DNA of 59,389 bases, filler included, from a bacterium (GCA_013360215.1; 3 parts of 3 records of this genome joined end to end with filler, not necessarily neighbours in it); one strand, 5' to 3'; positions 8,611 through 19,695 are shown, numbered from the whole stretch's first letter. Numbers and translations: made by a program. The notes: generated by a model from the sequence alone, not told the origin.

Positions 8611-11600
8611 TCAAGCAAGTGCTTTGACTACGATTTTTCCCTGACCGATGAGTAACTGGATCTGCTGGAGTATGTCCGGCGTCGGCGTGATTTTGTAGCG
8701 GGACACTTTGTAGTGGGCGATGATGTTTTTTTCGGGAAAATCCAGACAGAGGACGACTTCGCAGGACGTTGCAGGATTAGCCGATTGGGCTTTTTGTAAA
8801 AGCGCGGTGAGGTTATCCAAAATACCGTTTTGGAGAATGTCCTGTGCGATGTGGATCTGCACGCGGGAGCGGATGCGCTGATAGGTTTCCCCGATGGGGT
8901 ATATCCCATCGCAGATAATACTCGGCGCTTCGTTTCGTATCGAGACTTTACCGGTCAGCATGACCACGTGATCTTTGCGCAGCATCGGCTGGCATTCTTT
9001 CATCACACTGGCAAAGACTACCGATTCCATTTTTCCGCCGAACGTTTCGAGCGTCACAAATGCCATCGGATTGCCTTTTTTATCAAAGATCTGGCGCATC
9101 TCGGCGATCATACCACCGAGGCGAATAGGTTCACCTTCGCGCAATTCGTGCTCGTCATCAAAGTGGTAGGTGCTAAACGCTTCGATCTCCGCACGGTAAC
9201 GATCCAGCGGATGACCCGACGCATAAAATCCCAACAGTTCTTTTTCTTTTTGAAGCATCTCGGCATGCGTCCAGCGCGGCGCTTCAGGCAAACCGATCGC
9301 GGCGATATCCACACGCGATTCCGACTGGACGGCCTGACCGAAAATATCCACCTGATCGGAATTGGCCTGCTGTTGCATTTTTTGGCCGTAGCTCAACGCT
9401 TTTTCGATAGCCAAAAACATCTGTGCGCGGTGGCCCGTGAACGAATCGCAGGCACCCGCCTGAATCAGACTTTCGAGAACTTTTTTATTGACCAATCGCA
9501 GATCGGCGCGCTCTGCCAAATCGAAAACGGATTTGAAACGGCCCGATTTTTCGCGTGCCTGCAGGATGGATTCGATCGCACCGAGACCCACATTTTTGAC
9601 CGCACCCAGACCAAAACGGATATTATTGGCTTTGACATAAAACTCCGCCATGGATTCATTGACATCCGGCGGGAGCACCTCCACGCCCATATCGCGGCAC
9701 GCATGGATGAGAACGGCGATGCGGTCCGTATTGGCCATTTCACTGGTGAGGACGGCGGCCATAAATTCGCCCGGGTAATGGGCTTTGAGGTACGCCGTCT
9801 GGTACGCTACGATCGCGTACGCTGCCGAGTGGGATTTGTTGAATGCGTAATTGGAAAACGGAACGAGGATTTCAAATATTTTTTCAGCCAATTCTTTTTT
9901 GTAACCGCGGGCGACGGCGCCATCCACCCATTCGGGTTTGATCTTGGCCAGTTCATCCGGTTTTTTCTTGGACATGATACGCCGCACGACATCCGCTTTG
10001 CCAAGCGAAAAACCGGCCAACTCCTGCGCGACTTGCATCACCTGCTCCTGGTACACGATAACCCCGTAGGTGGATTTGAGATACGGCTCCAGATTGGAAT
10101 GAAAACAGTCCACCGGTTCTTTGCCGTTTTTCCGGGCGATATACTGGGGGATGAATTCCATCGGCCCCGGACGATACAAAGCGTTCATCGCGATCAGATC
10201 GTCTATCGTCGTGGGTTTGAGTTGCTTCATGTATTCGGTCATACCCTGGGATTCAAACTGAAAAATCCCGGTGGTTTCACCGCGCCAAAACAGATCGAAC
10301 GTCTTTTTGTCATCCAGCGGAATGCGGTCAAAATCAACATCCACATTGTAATTTTGGCGAATTAGTTTTTTGGCATCTTCCAAAATCGTGAGCGTCGCCA
10401 ACCCGAGGAAGTCCATTTTGAGCAGCCCGATTTTTTCCACCCAGTCTTTGTCAAACTGGGTCGAAATTTCGTCCTTGGCGGATTTGTAGATCGGCACCAA
10501 TTCGCGCATGGGTTTGGGTGTGATCACGACACCGGCCGCATGAACACCGGGCTGGCGAATCAATCCTTCCAGCGACCGCGAGACATTGATCAGCGAACGC
10601 ATACGTTCGTCTTCATGCGTTTCCAGCGCTTTCATTTCGGGTACTTCGGCGACCGCTTTTTCGAGCGTGATGTCCAACCGTTTGGGAATCATTTTAGCAA
10701 TGCGATCGGCTTCGCTGAGCGGTATCGTGAGCGCCCGCGCCACATCGCGGATGACACCGCGTGCGGCCATCGTACCAAACGTGATGATCTGCGCCACATG
10801 ATCGGTACCGTATTTTTGCTGCACGTATTCGATGGCTTTGCCCCGATTGCGATCATCAAAATCAATATCGATATCGGGCATGGAAACACGTTCGGGATTG
10901 AGGAACCGCTCGAACAGCAACTGATAGCGCATAGGATCCACGTCGGTGATACCGATGGCGTACGACACGAGACTGCCCGCGGCCGAACCGCGGCCCGGAC
11001 CCACCGCCACTCCCATCTGACGCGACGCATTGATAAAATCCTGCACGATGAGAAAATATCCAGGGAAACCCATTTTGGCGATCATGGCCAATTCGTAATC
11101 CAACCGTTTTTGTGCATCTTCGGAAATCGTTTCGCCCATTTTTTTGCGAAGCCCGGCGTTGGCCAAATGCGCGAGGTACTCATTTTCCGAAGTAAATCCT
11201 TCCGGCAATCCGAAAACGGGCAATTGGGATTTACCAAATTCCATTTTAAAGGAAATTTTTTCCGCCAAGGCGAGCGTGTTTTCGATCGCCGAAGGAACAT
11301 CCTTAAAGAGATTTTTCATCTCTGCGGGTGAACGGAAATAAAACGTATCGCCGGGATACTTGGGACGCGTCACATCGGTGATGGTTTTACCCGCCTGAAT
11401 ACAAAGTAATATTTCATGCGCCGTAGCATCTGCTTTTTCACGGTAATGCACATCGTTGGTAGCGATCATCGGGATATTCAGCTCTCGGGATAACCGCTGC
11501 ATGCCGTCATTGACCACCGCATCTAACGCCAGTCCGTGCCGCTGAATTTCGAGATAAAAATCACCTTGAAATATTTCCAGATATTCCAGCGCCAAAGCTT

Positions 11601-12051
11601 TGGCTTCCTCGTATTGCCCGTGCATCAGACGCTGGGGAATTTCTCCTTTGAGGCATGCCGATGTACCGATCAATCCCGCGGCATGCGCGCGAAGCAGGGT
11701 TTTATCAATACGCGGTTTATAATAAAAACCGTCCATGTAACTCTGCGACGTCAGTGCGACTAAATTTTGATAACCCTGCTGATCTTTGGCGAAAAGCACG
11801 ATATGATAGATGAGTTTGCTTTTTTCCAACCGGTCGGGCGCGAGGTAAGCTTCCATACCGATGATGGGCTTGATGTTTTTGGCTTTGGCCGCACTGAAAA
11901 ATTGGGCCGCGCCAAAAAGATTGCCGTAATCGGTCAGCGCCAGCGCTTTCATCTGATGCTGCTCGGCGGCTTGTACGAGGTCATCCACCGGACAACAACT
12001 GTCCAGAAGACTGTAATCGGAATGATTATGAAGATGTATGAAGTCGGACAT
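8611..12051 (-). CDS. dnaE: DNA polymerase III alpha subunit
   Basis: PHP HLHNHSDYSLLD, GPGRGSAAGSLV, FERFLNPERVSMPDIDIDF, KMDFLGL, YAFNKSHSAAY, C-terminal OB fold; no intein seen. Confidence 0.98.
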   Translation of the reverse strand: MSDFIHLHNHSDYSLLDSCCPVDDLVQAAEQHQMKALALTDYGNLFGAAQFFSAAKAKNIKPIIGMEAYLAPDRLEKSKLIYHIVLFAKDQQGYQNLVALTSQSYMDGFYYKPRIDKTLLRAHAAGLIGTSACLKGEIPQRLMHGQYEEAKALALEYLEIFQGDFYLEIQRHGLALDAVVNDGMQRLSRELNIPMIATNDVHYREKADATAHEILLCIQAGKTITDVTRPKYPGDTFYFRSPAEMKNLFKDVPSAIENTLALAEKISFKMEFGKSQLPVFGLPEGFTSENEYLAHLANAGLRKKMGETISEDAQKRLDYELAMIAKMGFPGYFLIVQDFINASRQMGVAVGPGRGSAAGSLVSYAIGITDVDPMRYQLLFERFLNPERVSMPDIDIDFDDRNRGKAIEYVQQKYGTDHVAQIITFGTMAARGVIRDVARALTIPLSEADRIAKMIPKRLDITLEKAVAEVPEMKALETHEDERMRSLINVSRSLEGLIRQPGVHAAGVVITPKPMRELVPIYKSAKDEISTQFDKDWVEKIGLLKMDFLGLATLTILEDAKKLIRQNYNVDVDFDRIPLDDKKTFDLFWRGETTGIFQFESQGMTEYMKQLKPTTIDDLIAMNALYRPGPMEFIPQYIARKNGKEPVDCFHSNLEPYLKSTYGVIVYQEQVMQVAQELAGFSLGKADVVRRIMSKKKPDELAKIKPEWVDGAVARGYKKELAEKIFEILVPFSNYAFNKSHSAAYAIVAYQTAYLKAHYPGEFMAAVLTSEMANTDRIAVLIHACRDMGVEVLPPDVNESMAEFYVKANNIRFGLGAVKNVGLGAIESILQAREKSGRFKSVFDLAERADLRLVNKKVLESLIQAGACDSFTGHRAQMFLAIEKALSYGQKMQQQANSDQVDIFGQAVQSESRVDIAAIGLPEAPRWTHAEMLQKEKELLGFYASGHPLDRYRAEIEAFSTYHFDDEHELREGEPIRLGGMIAEMRQIFDKKGNPMAFVTLETFGGKMESVVFASVMKECQPMLRKDHVVMLTGKVSIRNEAPSIICDGIYPIGETYQRIRSRVQIHIAQDILQNGILDNLTALLQKAQSANPATSCEVVLCLDFPEKNIIAHYKVSRYKITPTPDILQQIQLLIGQGKIVVKALA

Positions 12052-12107
12052 CGGGTCAGGATTAATTTATTGGGAAGACACCGTAAGACAAAATAAACAA
12101 TCCCGCC

Positions 12108-12143
12108 AAAAAACAAAATGCGAAGTTGATTCAACTCCGCATT
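12108..12143 (-). terminator. Intrinsic terminator after tRNA-His
   Basis: Minus strand aatgcggagttga-a-tcaacttcgcatt followed by ttgttttt. Confidence 0.65.
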
Positions 12144-12160
12144 GGATGGGATCTTTTCGA

Positions 12161-12238
12161 TGGGGCGAGCGACGGGGCTCGAACCCGCGGCCTTCAGGGC
12201 CACAACCTGACGCTCTAACCTGCTGAGCTACGCCCGCC
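12161..12238 (-). tRNA. tRNA-His (GTG), with G-1 and encoded CCA
   Basis: GGCGGGCGTAGCTCAGCAGGTTAGAGCGTCAGGTTGTGGCCCTGAAGGCCGCGGGTTCGAGCCCCGTCGCTCGCCCCA folds as a cloverleaf. Confidence 0.97.
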
Positions 12239-12371
12239 ATGAAACGTGCCGAAGATAGTGTACCGCATTTATATTTGCAAGGGGAAATTGGGTTTTATCA
12301 ATCTCTATGAACTTATTTCAGCACCTTGTATGCTATGTGGATTAAATCCAATCATTACTTTCTTTGCCTTG

Positions 12372-12599
12372 ATGTCCCGTCCTCTGGCGGGACAGGCACC
12401 ACTGTGGTTATTGATATTGGTAAACCATACAGGTAACGAAATCCGTGTCGTGCTACCGTTTCCGCTCGTCAACCAATCGGAAAATTTTACCAATATCAAA
12501 GAAGTAGAACGCGGGTATGCGCTGGGAACTTTTTTTCTGGTGGTGGGAACGATTGGCGTACTGTGGCTATTTGTACAACATGAATCTAGCGGCTATTGA
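12372..12599 (+). CDS. Possible small membrane protein (start uncertain; ORF open from 12246)
   Basis: Fills the tRNA-nadK gap; C-terminal hydrophobic helix; overlaps the nadK 3' end by 14 bp. Confidence 0.3.
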   Translation: MSRPLAGQAPLWLLILVNHTGNEIRVVLPFPLVNQSENFTNIKEVERGYALGTFFLVVGTIGVLWLFVQHESSGY

Positions 12600-13452
12600 C
12601 GCGGTCGTCTTCGCCCCAATGCAGTTTGCCGCGCAGCACATCAAAAAAATTGCGCTCGCCGAAACGCACAAGATGCACAAAGTGTTTTGCTTCACGAATC
12701 GTTAAGGTATCGTTGTGCGAAAGTTCCGCTTCGACGACCCCGTCTATAGAGACAAGCGCGCGGTCTTCGGAACGCAACGTCAATCGCACGTCGTGTTCGG
12801 AATTGATCACCAAAGGCCGCATGGTGAGCGTGTGCGGGCAGATCGGATTGACGATGATCGCTTCGATCGTCGGGCTCATGATGGGCCCGTTGGCTGAAAG
12901 CGAATACGCGGTCGAACCCGTCGGCGTCGCGATGATGAGTCCATCGGCAATATAATTATTGAGAAACGCATTATTGACATCCACGCCGATTTGGATCACG
13001 CGGCCGTCATTGCCACGCATGATCACGGCATCATTGAGCGCGTAAAATGTGCGCATACCGAGCGTGATCTCCAGTACCATACGTTTTTCACGCGTATATT
13101 TGCCGTCGTGCAGGCGCTCGATCGCATGATGCAACTCTTTCGTTTCGATCTCCGTCAAAAAACCCAATTTTCCGACATTGACGCCGAGGATCGGTTTTTG
13201 TGCGGTACCGACCATTTTGGCCGTGGAGAGCAAAGTGCCGTCGCCCCCAAAGGATATCAGAACATCCGACGCTTCGACGAGCGTGCGCGTATCGGCAAAC
13301 ACCGTTTTGTCGGAGGTACGGGCGCGGATAAATTCTTCCGCATCGGTATTGACCATAAACTTGTAATGCCGCGCGGTAAGCCACTCCAGAAAATCCGGAA
13401 GCATGGCGATCACACTTTCTTTTTCCGTATTGATGATAATTCCCAGACGCAT
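12586..13452 (-). CDS. nadK: NAD(+) kinase
   Basis: GGDGT, GVNVGKLGFL, ALND, DGLIIATPTGSTAYSLSANGP, PICPHTL..RP; start MRLGII. Confidence 0.96.
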   Translation of the reverse strand: MRLGIIINTEKESVIAMLPDFLEWLTARHYKFMVNTDAEEFIRARTSDKTVFADTRTLVEASDVLISFGGDGTLLSTAKMVGTAQKPILGVNVGKLGFLTEIETKELHHAIERLHDGKYTREKRMVLEITLGMRTFYALNDAVIMRGNDGRVIQIGVDVNNAFLNNYIADGLIIATPTGSTAYSLSANGPIMSPTIEAIIVNPICPHTLTMRPLVINSEHDVRLTLRSEDRALVSIDGVVEAELSHNDTLTIREAKHFVHLVRFGERNFFDVLRGKLHWGEDDRVNSR

Positions 13453-13453
13453 G

Positions 13454-14413
13454 TCAAACTCCCGTTTTAACTTCAGGCTGTGCTTCGCCGGTCGGCATCG
13501 TGTGGCGAACAAACGAATAAGCGAGCTCCAGCAATTCATAACAATCATCTACCGACGGCATGTACTTGGCAAACTTGGCCAGATCGCACACTTCCAGCAT
13601 GCGGCGCAATACCGTGACTTCGGCGTCCGCGATGACCTTTGACCGTTTTAAAGACGGTATGAGTTCGGATGTCGTCGTCTCCAGCGCAGGTACGCCAAAT
13701 TGTTTTTCGATATAGGTACGAATGATGGTGGACGCTTCGCTATGCCAGAGTTTCATATCGCCGCGCTCCGGATAACCGCTGATTTTCAAAGCATCCAGCG
13801 CCTCGAGCGCCGCTTCGTGCGGTTTTTTGGGAATCACAACCGGTTCGGGTTTCGGTCGGTTTTTTAATTCCTGCCGCTTTTTGTACCAACGGTAAATCAG
13901 CCACGCCGCGCCCGCCAATACACCGATGGTTATCAGGACATACAGTGCGATCAACCACCAACGCACTTCGCCGTAAAAAATCGGCTTCTCCGGTTGGATA
14001 TCGGTCATCGCACTGTCTAATTCCGAACGAATAAAAATCGTCTTATCGTTCGCCCGCAGAAAAAGCGTATCTTTACCGATCAGATAACGCAGCGACGGCC
14101 CGGGAATCGCAATCGGCTCGAGTTTGAAACCGGATAAGATGTACTGGATTTTTTCTTCCCGTGTACCGTCTTTGGTTAGGGGTTCCAAACGCCGAATCTG
14201 TACCACTTCCGCATCGGAAAAATCAGCCGCCGGTTCGCCAATGGGTACGGATGTATCCGGCACGCGGATATTGAGTTCATACACAAAATTTTCACCGATC
14301 GCGACAGTATCCCGGTTTGTACGCGCCGTCACCGACACGTCCGACTGGGCTTGCAACGGCGCCGCCGCAATGATCAAAAGTGCGTATATTTTGGTATTAA
14401 ATAAATTTTTCAT
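13454..14413 (-). CDS. BatD-like/DUF4381-like membrane-anchored protein
   Basis: Signal peptide, V.IGE.F.Y.L Ig-like region, TM helix, PHE.AL..L, R.YIE..F...ALE.TT.E, DLAKFAK. Confidence 0.75.
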   Translation of the reverse strand: MKNLFNTKIYALLIIAAAPLQAQSDVSVTARTNRDTVAIGENFVYELNIRVPDTSVPIGEPAADFSDAEVVQIRRLEPLTKDGTREEKIQYILSGFKLEPIAIPGPSLRYLIGKDTLFLRANDKTIFIRSELDSAMTDIQPEKPIFYGEVRWWLIALYVLITIGVLAGAAWLIYRWYKKRQELKNRPKPEPVVIPKKPHEAALEALDALKISGYPERGDMKLWHSEASTIIRTYIEKQFGVPALETTTSELIPSLKRSKVIADAEVTVLRRMLEVCDLAKFAKYMPSVDDCYELLELAYSFVRHTMPTGEAQPEVKTGV

Positions 14414-14506
14414 AAGCGCGGCTAATGTATAAAAATTGATATACAATGGCAATGCAAGGCTTTAAGTTCGGATATATTCGGATCGGCTACAAAAAATGCT
14501 GTTCGT

Positions 14507-15277
14507 TTACAAATCCGTTCGATGCCATGCATACCGGTGCAATGTAAATCGTTCTAAAACGGGATCCCACGTGCGCTCTATCCATGTACATCGCCCGGTA
14601 TGATCTTCCATAAAAATCGTCGTGGTGCGCGTACCGTAATTAGGCATCTGAATAAATACCGGTGACAGTTTGCGTTCCCACTCGATACCTACCCCGGTCA
14701 CCGGCAGATCTTTGTCCGGCGCAGTTTCGAGATCGGACATCATATCCATGATCGCATCCGTATCGGGTTCATTGCTACGCAAAATTTCCGAAAATCGTTT
14801 TTTGGTGCGGGCGACTTTGGGCCACGGTGTATCCAGACGATGATTACTGAGACCGTAGATACCCGGTTCAACCCATGACCAACCGGGTTGCGTATTGGTG
14901 ACATACGCCATACGGGACGGATCGGCCACGATGAGATTGAAGCCGTTGTAGGACTCGCCTTGGGAAACTACGGCATGCACATATTTATCCGGCGCTTCCT
15001 CGGAGCGCAGAAATTGTTCGACTAATCGCCCGCGTGTCGTAGCGCGTTTTTTTTCAGAACTCGGATCCCGAAAATTGGTAATCACGGCAAATCGTCCGCC
15101 GCGCGTCACGCCCATCCACGTACCGCCGCCTTGCAAATCACGTCCAGCAAGTAGGCTATTATGATCCGCCCACCACTTCGAAACTTCCGTCGGGCGCGCG
15201 TAAAATTCGTCCCTGTTGGCGGCGACGATCAGGCGGTATTGGGGATGGGCTGCTAAAGCCCAGACAACAAGGCACAT
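14507..15277 (-). CDS. NRDE/TANGO2 family protein
   Basis: MCL...AANRDEFYARPT, GGTWMG, TNFR, GLSN..LDTPWPK, YGTRTTT. Confidence 0.93.
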   Translation of the reverse strand: MCLVVWALAAHPQYRLIVAANRDEFYARPTEVSKWWADHNSLLAGRDLQGGGTWMGVTRGGRFAVITNFRDPSSEKKRATTRGRLVEQFLRSEEAPDKYVHAVVSQGESYNGFNLIVADPSRMAYVTNTQPGWSWVEPGIYGLSNHRLDTPWPKVARTKKRFSEILRSNEPDTDAIMDMMSDLETAPDKDLPVTGVGIEWERKLSPVFIQMPNYGTRTTTIFMEDHTGRCTWIERTWDPVLERFTLHRYAWHRTDL

Positions 15278-15279
15278 GG

Positions 15280-15813
15280 TCAGGCCGGATATTTGGGGTG
15301 GTGCATAATGCGGCGCATCTGCGCCTGATGATGCCGGAGGTGATCGTATAAGAAATCCAGCATTTGTTCACAAGTGCGTTGCCCGGTGATCGGGTGATAA
15401 AAATAAATCGCTCCTTCGGTTTCTGATGTGATGGTTTCAAGAAAATTTTTCATCACGTCACGCACCGCATCCCAACGTTGCACGCACATCGCTAACGACA
15501 TAACTTCTTGTGGCAGTACGGATTTGACCGGCGCTTTGACCCGCATCCCCATACGAAACGTCAACCAATAAGCCGGCAGACCGATGATTTTAGGTAAAAC
15601 GGTTTTTTTATGAAGAATGGCTTCCCGATGATGCAATTGTTTGACCATGCCTTCCTCGACTAAAACCAGATGTTGCAATACATCCAGTGCATGCCACGCA
15701 TCGAGTTTAGGTCGCCAATGCGATTGATGTTCATTCATAGCCTGCACACAGGTCACAAAATAAGTTTTGTTCGCCTCAATGCGGGACCATTTGGAAGATA
15801 ATATTGAGATCAT
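15280..15813 (-). CDS. DinB family protein
   Basis: W...DVLQHLVLVE, HP..G, FL..HL.HH..Q. Confidence 0.85.
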   Translation of the reverse strand: MISILSSKWSRIEANKTYFVTCVQAMNEHQSHWRPKLDAWHALDVLQHLVLVEEGMVKQLHHREAILHKKTVLPKIIGLPAYWLTFRMGMRVKAPVKSVLPQEVMSLAMCVQRWDAVRDVMKNFLETITSETEGAIYFYHPITGQRTCEQMLDFLYDHLRHHQAQMRRIMHHPKYPA

Positions 15814-15885
15814 TGGTTTTGTATGTTTTGCAGTTAAGTAATCATACGATTATATTGCGATATAATTAGGATTGAAAGTATTTTT

Positions 15886-17085
15886 TTGATTACGCGATTA
15901 AAAACTTTATTGATCTCGCTTGCCCTTATTGTCAATCTTTCGTGGTATGGCTGCGAATCGTATCAATGGCATAAGGAATTACCGATCCATACGCGCATTG
16001 ATTTTGAGGGTAATGATTTTTTGCAGTCCATGCATCGTACATCCGATGAAGGTTTTGTCATCGTCGGCCGATCCGATAGTTTTAGAATAACTAACGAAAT
16101 CGTAATAATCCGCCTTGATGCGGCGCTTCGCATGATTTGGACCAAGGCGTTAGGGACTTCCGGTAATGATTCGGGGATGGATATCGTTGAAACTGCCGAC
16201 GGTGGATTTCTTGTTGTCGGTTCGTTGCGTACGACGACGGGGCAATTTGATGTTTTACTCGCGCGACTTTCTCATCAGGGTGATGTACTCTGGACCAGAC
16301 TGTATGGCGGCTTCAACAATGAAGAAGTCCGTCGAATTATAAAAATACAAGCGAATAAATTTGCCATCTTAGCCAATACATCCAGTTTCGGCGCGGGAGG
16401 AAGTGATATTTGGGTTTTGACCGTTAATTCCGACGGCGATAGCCTGGGGTCTTATACGTTTGGCGGGACTACTTCTGAACGCATGTTGGGAGCAACGGCA
16501 ACCTCTGATGGTGGTTTGGCTATTACCGGATATATCAGTGATGAAACATATGATGCATTCATACTTCGTGTATCTTCATCATTTCAAACAATCAATTTTA
16601 CACGCTATGAAAGCCTTCAACGCGATGAAGGTCTTGACATCAAAGAACTACATAACGGTGATTTTATCATCACAGGGCGAAGCAACAATGTGCGCGTACC
16701 CTACATCAATTATGATGCGCACGCATTTCGCGTCAAGCCCGACGGTACAATGGAATGGTCGAAGCGTTTTGGTCGAACTAACTACGATATTTTATCCTCA
16801 AGCGTATTGTTAATTGACGAAAGCATAATCGCCGTCGGCCACTCATACCACATCAGCCCCAAATTCGAACTTAACCAACAAATGCTCATTGCACGTATTT
16901 CGTCCAAGGGAGACACGCTTTGGACACGTTCGCTTGGCGGCAAATATGCCGATGATGCTTTAGCTATTTTACCTTTGGATGACGAACGTTTCTTGGTTGG
17001 AGCTAATACCAATAACACTGAGAAACGCGATACAGGTATCGTATTATTTATTATAGATAAAGATGGCTTTGGCAAGCCTGAATAA
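15886..17085 (+). CDS. Exported (lipo)protein with beta-propeller-like repeats
   Basis: Signal/lipobox-like N-terminus; ~50-aa repeats T.DGG..I.G ... G..LW.R.(Y/F)GG; TTG start. Confidence 0.75.
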   Translation: MITRLKTLLISLALIVNLSWYGCESYQWHKELPIHTRIDFEGNDFLQSMHRTSDEGFVIVGRSDSFRITNEIVIIRLDAALRMIWTKALGTSGNDSGMDIVETADGGFLVVGSLRTTTGQFDVLLARLSHQGDVLWTRLYGGFNNEEVRRIIKIQANKFAILANTSSFGAGGSDIWVLTVNSDGDSLGSYTFGGTTSERMLGATATSDGGLAITGYISDETYDAFILRVSSSFQTINFTRYESLQRDEGLDIKELHNGDFIITGRSNNVRVPYINYDAHAFRVKPDGTMEWSKRFGRTNYDILSSSVLLIDESIIAVGHSYHISPKFELNQQMLIARISSKGDTLWTRSLGGKYADDALAILPLDDERFLVGANTNNTEKRDTGIVLFIIDKDGFGKPE

Positions 17086-17621
17086 ATTTGATAAGCTAAC
17101 TTAGGCGTCCGTTCCAAAAAATCAAAAGAATAACAATCCCAAGCACAAAAAAGTTGTTTCTTAACCTATTAATTCAAAGGTGTAGATAAAACGATTCATA
17201 AAAACCAATTAGATGTAGTATTTTGACTTTTACCTGATCTTACTTGATCGTTTTATTTTCAGTACGACTTTTTTGAACATCGCCCTCTATTCGCACAAAT
17301 TAATAATAACCGAAAACCGATACACAAAGAGTTGTTCAATTTATCGTCTACTTGGATAACATTTGTTTCATTGATTTAATATGAATTTCTTTCAAAACTG
17401 TTATTTTTAGGAATGACTTTGGAAAGCGTATTTATTCAATTCTACGTTATTGAGATTTCAATACTGTATGACTTCAATAACCTATCTATTGCACTGAGGT
17501 ATTAAGTCGCTGTATATGATGAAAATTATTATAAAAAACTTGTAATATTTTCACTACAGTTTGTACCTATCTAAGGAGTTAGCACTAAACCTTTGAATTT
17601 ACTAATGCAACGGGGTACTCT

Positions 17622-18026
17622 ATGTCACGCCCAACATGGTTAACAGTTATTACAACGATCAGTACTATTGCAGTCTTGTTACTTCACTACTCCACGGCTC
17701 AGAGCGGTATTGACGCCAAGACCCGCCTCAAACTCAAACTACGTAAACCGGATATTGTTGACATCAAATTCGTCAATGCCGGTAACTGGCGTTACGCCAT
17801 GCGCAATCAGGGTTCATTTATGTATGACAGTCCCGATAGTGATGGTGATGGCAATAATGCCGGAGGAATATTTCCACGTGGCTCAGATGTTAGTATCGTC
17901 TTTGCCGCCGGTGCATGGATCGGTGCACTCAAAAATGGTATCCCTGTCGTGAGTGAGACACAGTTCGGTACCGAGTTCCAACCCGGACAGATTCTCAACT
18001 CCGGTTTGTCATTTTATGATCTGGAA
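17622..18026 (+). CDS. Large secreted protein, N-terminal fragment truncated by the assembly gap
   Basis: GGGG RBS, signal peptide, G.FPRGS...IVFAAG.WIGA...EFQPG motif reminiscent of large exported FCB-group proteins; open into the Ns. Confidence 0.65.
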
Positions 18027-18126
18027 NNNNNNNNNNNNNNNNNNNNNNNNNNNNNNNNNNNNNNNNNNNNTTAATTAATTAANNNNNNNNNNNNNNNNNN
18101 NNNNNNNNNNNNNNNNNNNNNNNNNN
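18027..18126. other. Assembly gap with artificial TTAATTAATTAA linker
   Basis: N44-TTAATTAATTAA-N44; the linker gives stops in all frames. Confidence 0.98.
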
Positions 18127-18422
18127 CGAAAATTGCTACGCTTCCTACATTCAATCTCGACCTGCTCTGGAAATTCAAACTTGAAAACAACAGCCAAAGG
18201 GGGTATGATCTTATTCAGTATCCCTTTTTTGATTCAACTTTGCGAGACTATTGATATTGTTTTTTAAGGATTTGTAAATTTAATCTGACTTGAGTTCATG
18301 CGAAAAAAATTCAAAACAACTATCTTTCTTACTTTCTTTCGCTCTGTATCATACTCGATGTTAATTTTGTTGAATTAAACTAATTATTGCTTATTTTTGC
18401 AATTCATTTATAGGTTTATATC

Positions 18423-19682
18423 ATGGATTTGCTTCACAAACTCAAACAAGTTTCGGAAGAAGCCGAGCGTTTATTGGCTATCGTCGAAATCGGAAAATTA
18501 CTCAATTCGACAATTCATCTGGACCAGTTGCTTGAGATTATATTGGATACCGCATTACAAAATCTTCAGGCGGAACGCGGAACATTGTATCTGATTGATT
18601 TTGAAAAAAAGGAATTGTGGTCCAAAGTACTCAAAGGCGAAGAGACCATACGACTTCCTATCGGCAAAGGTATTGCGGGAACCGTTGCAGCTACAGGAGA
18701 AACGATATTCCTGACCGATGCCTATGACGATCCCCGATTTAACCCTGAATTTGATAAAAAATCAGGATTTCGCACGAGCAGTATGTTATGTACACCGATG
18801 AAAAACAGAGAAGGCCGAATGATCGGTGTTTTCCAAATTCTCAATAAACGTGAAGGTGAATTTGAAAAATCGGATATCGAATTTTTGGACACCTTATCAC
18901 TCGATGCATGTATCGCGATCGAAAATGCGCGGTTGCATGAAGCCGATCTCGTAAAGCAGCGCATTCTAAAGGAGCTTGAAGTTGCAGCCACCATTCAGAG
19001 AATGATATTACCAAAAGAAATCACCTCCATTCCCGGTCTTGATCTGGCCGGATTGAATGTCCCCAGTCGACAGGTTGGAGGGGATTACTACGATGCCGTA
19101 CCTCTCCCCGACGGACGGGTGGCTTTGGTCATGGCCGATGTATCCGGCAAAAGTGTACCCGGCGCATTGCTCGTATCCACTCTACAAGCTTCGTTACGCG
19201 CCTATTTGGAAAGCCCTTTTGAACTCGCACCGCTCGTAACCAAACTCAATCGTGTCATACTCAAAAATTCGACCGATGACAAATTTATAACTTTTTTCAT
19301 CGGCATAGTAGATACACAAAAAAACACACTCGAATACCTCAACGCAGGACACAACCCTCCGCTTTTGATGACCAAAGGTCAATTGATCAAGTTGACTAAA
19401 GGAGGTATCCCGTTGGGTATGATCGGCTTTGATGACTATGCCGCGCAAACGTTAAATCTTCATTCAGGTGATACGTTGGTCTTATTCACCGACGGGATTA
19501 CTGAAGCTGTTTCCCCTAATGACGATATGTATGACGATGCACGATTAGAAAATTTAGTACAAAATGTCGCGCATTCTTCCGCGGAAGACCTTAAAAAAAT
19601 TATCTATAACGACGTAATGGCTTTTGTGAACGGTGCCGAACAAGCCGATGACATCACATTACTAATAGCAAAATACCAATAA
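18423..19682 (+). CDS. GAF + PP2C (SpoIIE/RsbU-like) serine phosphatase
   Basis: GAF (GKGIAG.VA.TG, DAY.DPRF...D.KSGFRT.S.LC.P), VGGDYYD, ADVSGK, NAGH, FTDGITE, DDITL. Confidence 0.93.
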   Translation: MDLLHKLKQVSEEAERLLAIVEIGKLLNSTIHLDQLLEIILDTALQNLQAERGTLYLIDFEKKELWSKVLKGEETIRLPIGKGIAGTVAATGETIFLTDAYDDPRFNPEFDKKSGFRTSSMLCTPMKNREGRMIGVFQILNKREGEFEKSDIEFLDTLSLDACIAIENARLHEADLVKQRILKELEVAATIQRMILPKEITSIPGLDLAGLNVPSRQVGGDYYDAVPLPDGRVALVMADVSGKSVPGALLVSTLQASLRAYLESPFELAPLVTKLNRVILKNSTDDKFITFFIGIVDTQKNTLEYLNAGHNPPLLMTKGQLIKLTKGGIPLGMIGFDDYAAQTLNLHSGDTLVLFTDGITEAVSPNDDMYDDARLENLVQNVAHSSAEDLKKIIYNDVMAFVNGAEQADDITLLIAKYQ

Positions 19683-19695
19683 ACTCAGTTCGCAC

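Noticed and set aside
8830-11331. Long plus-strand ORFs (511 aa, 263 aa) opposite dnaE
   Set aside because: Antisense shadows of a conserved gene with no recognisable motifs; the same applies to 7600-8241, 52429-53040 and 52998-53564
12161-12238. tRNA-His as an integration site for the recombinase
   Set aside because: No duplicated tRNA 3' end found in the window, and the 11 kb in between is housekeeping
18071-18082. TTAATTAATTAA palindrome as a biological site (also 35142-35153)
   Set aside because: Centred in N runs; it is a scaffolding linker
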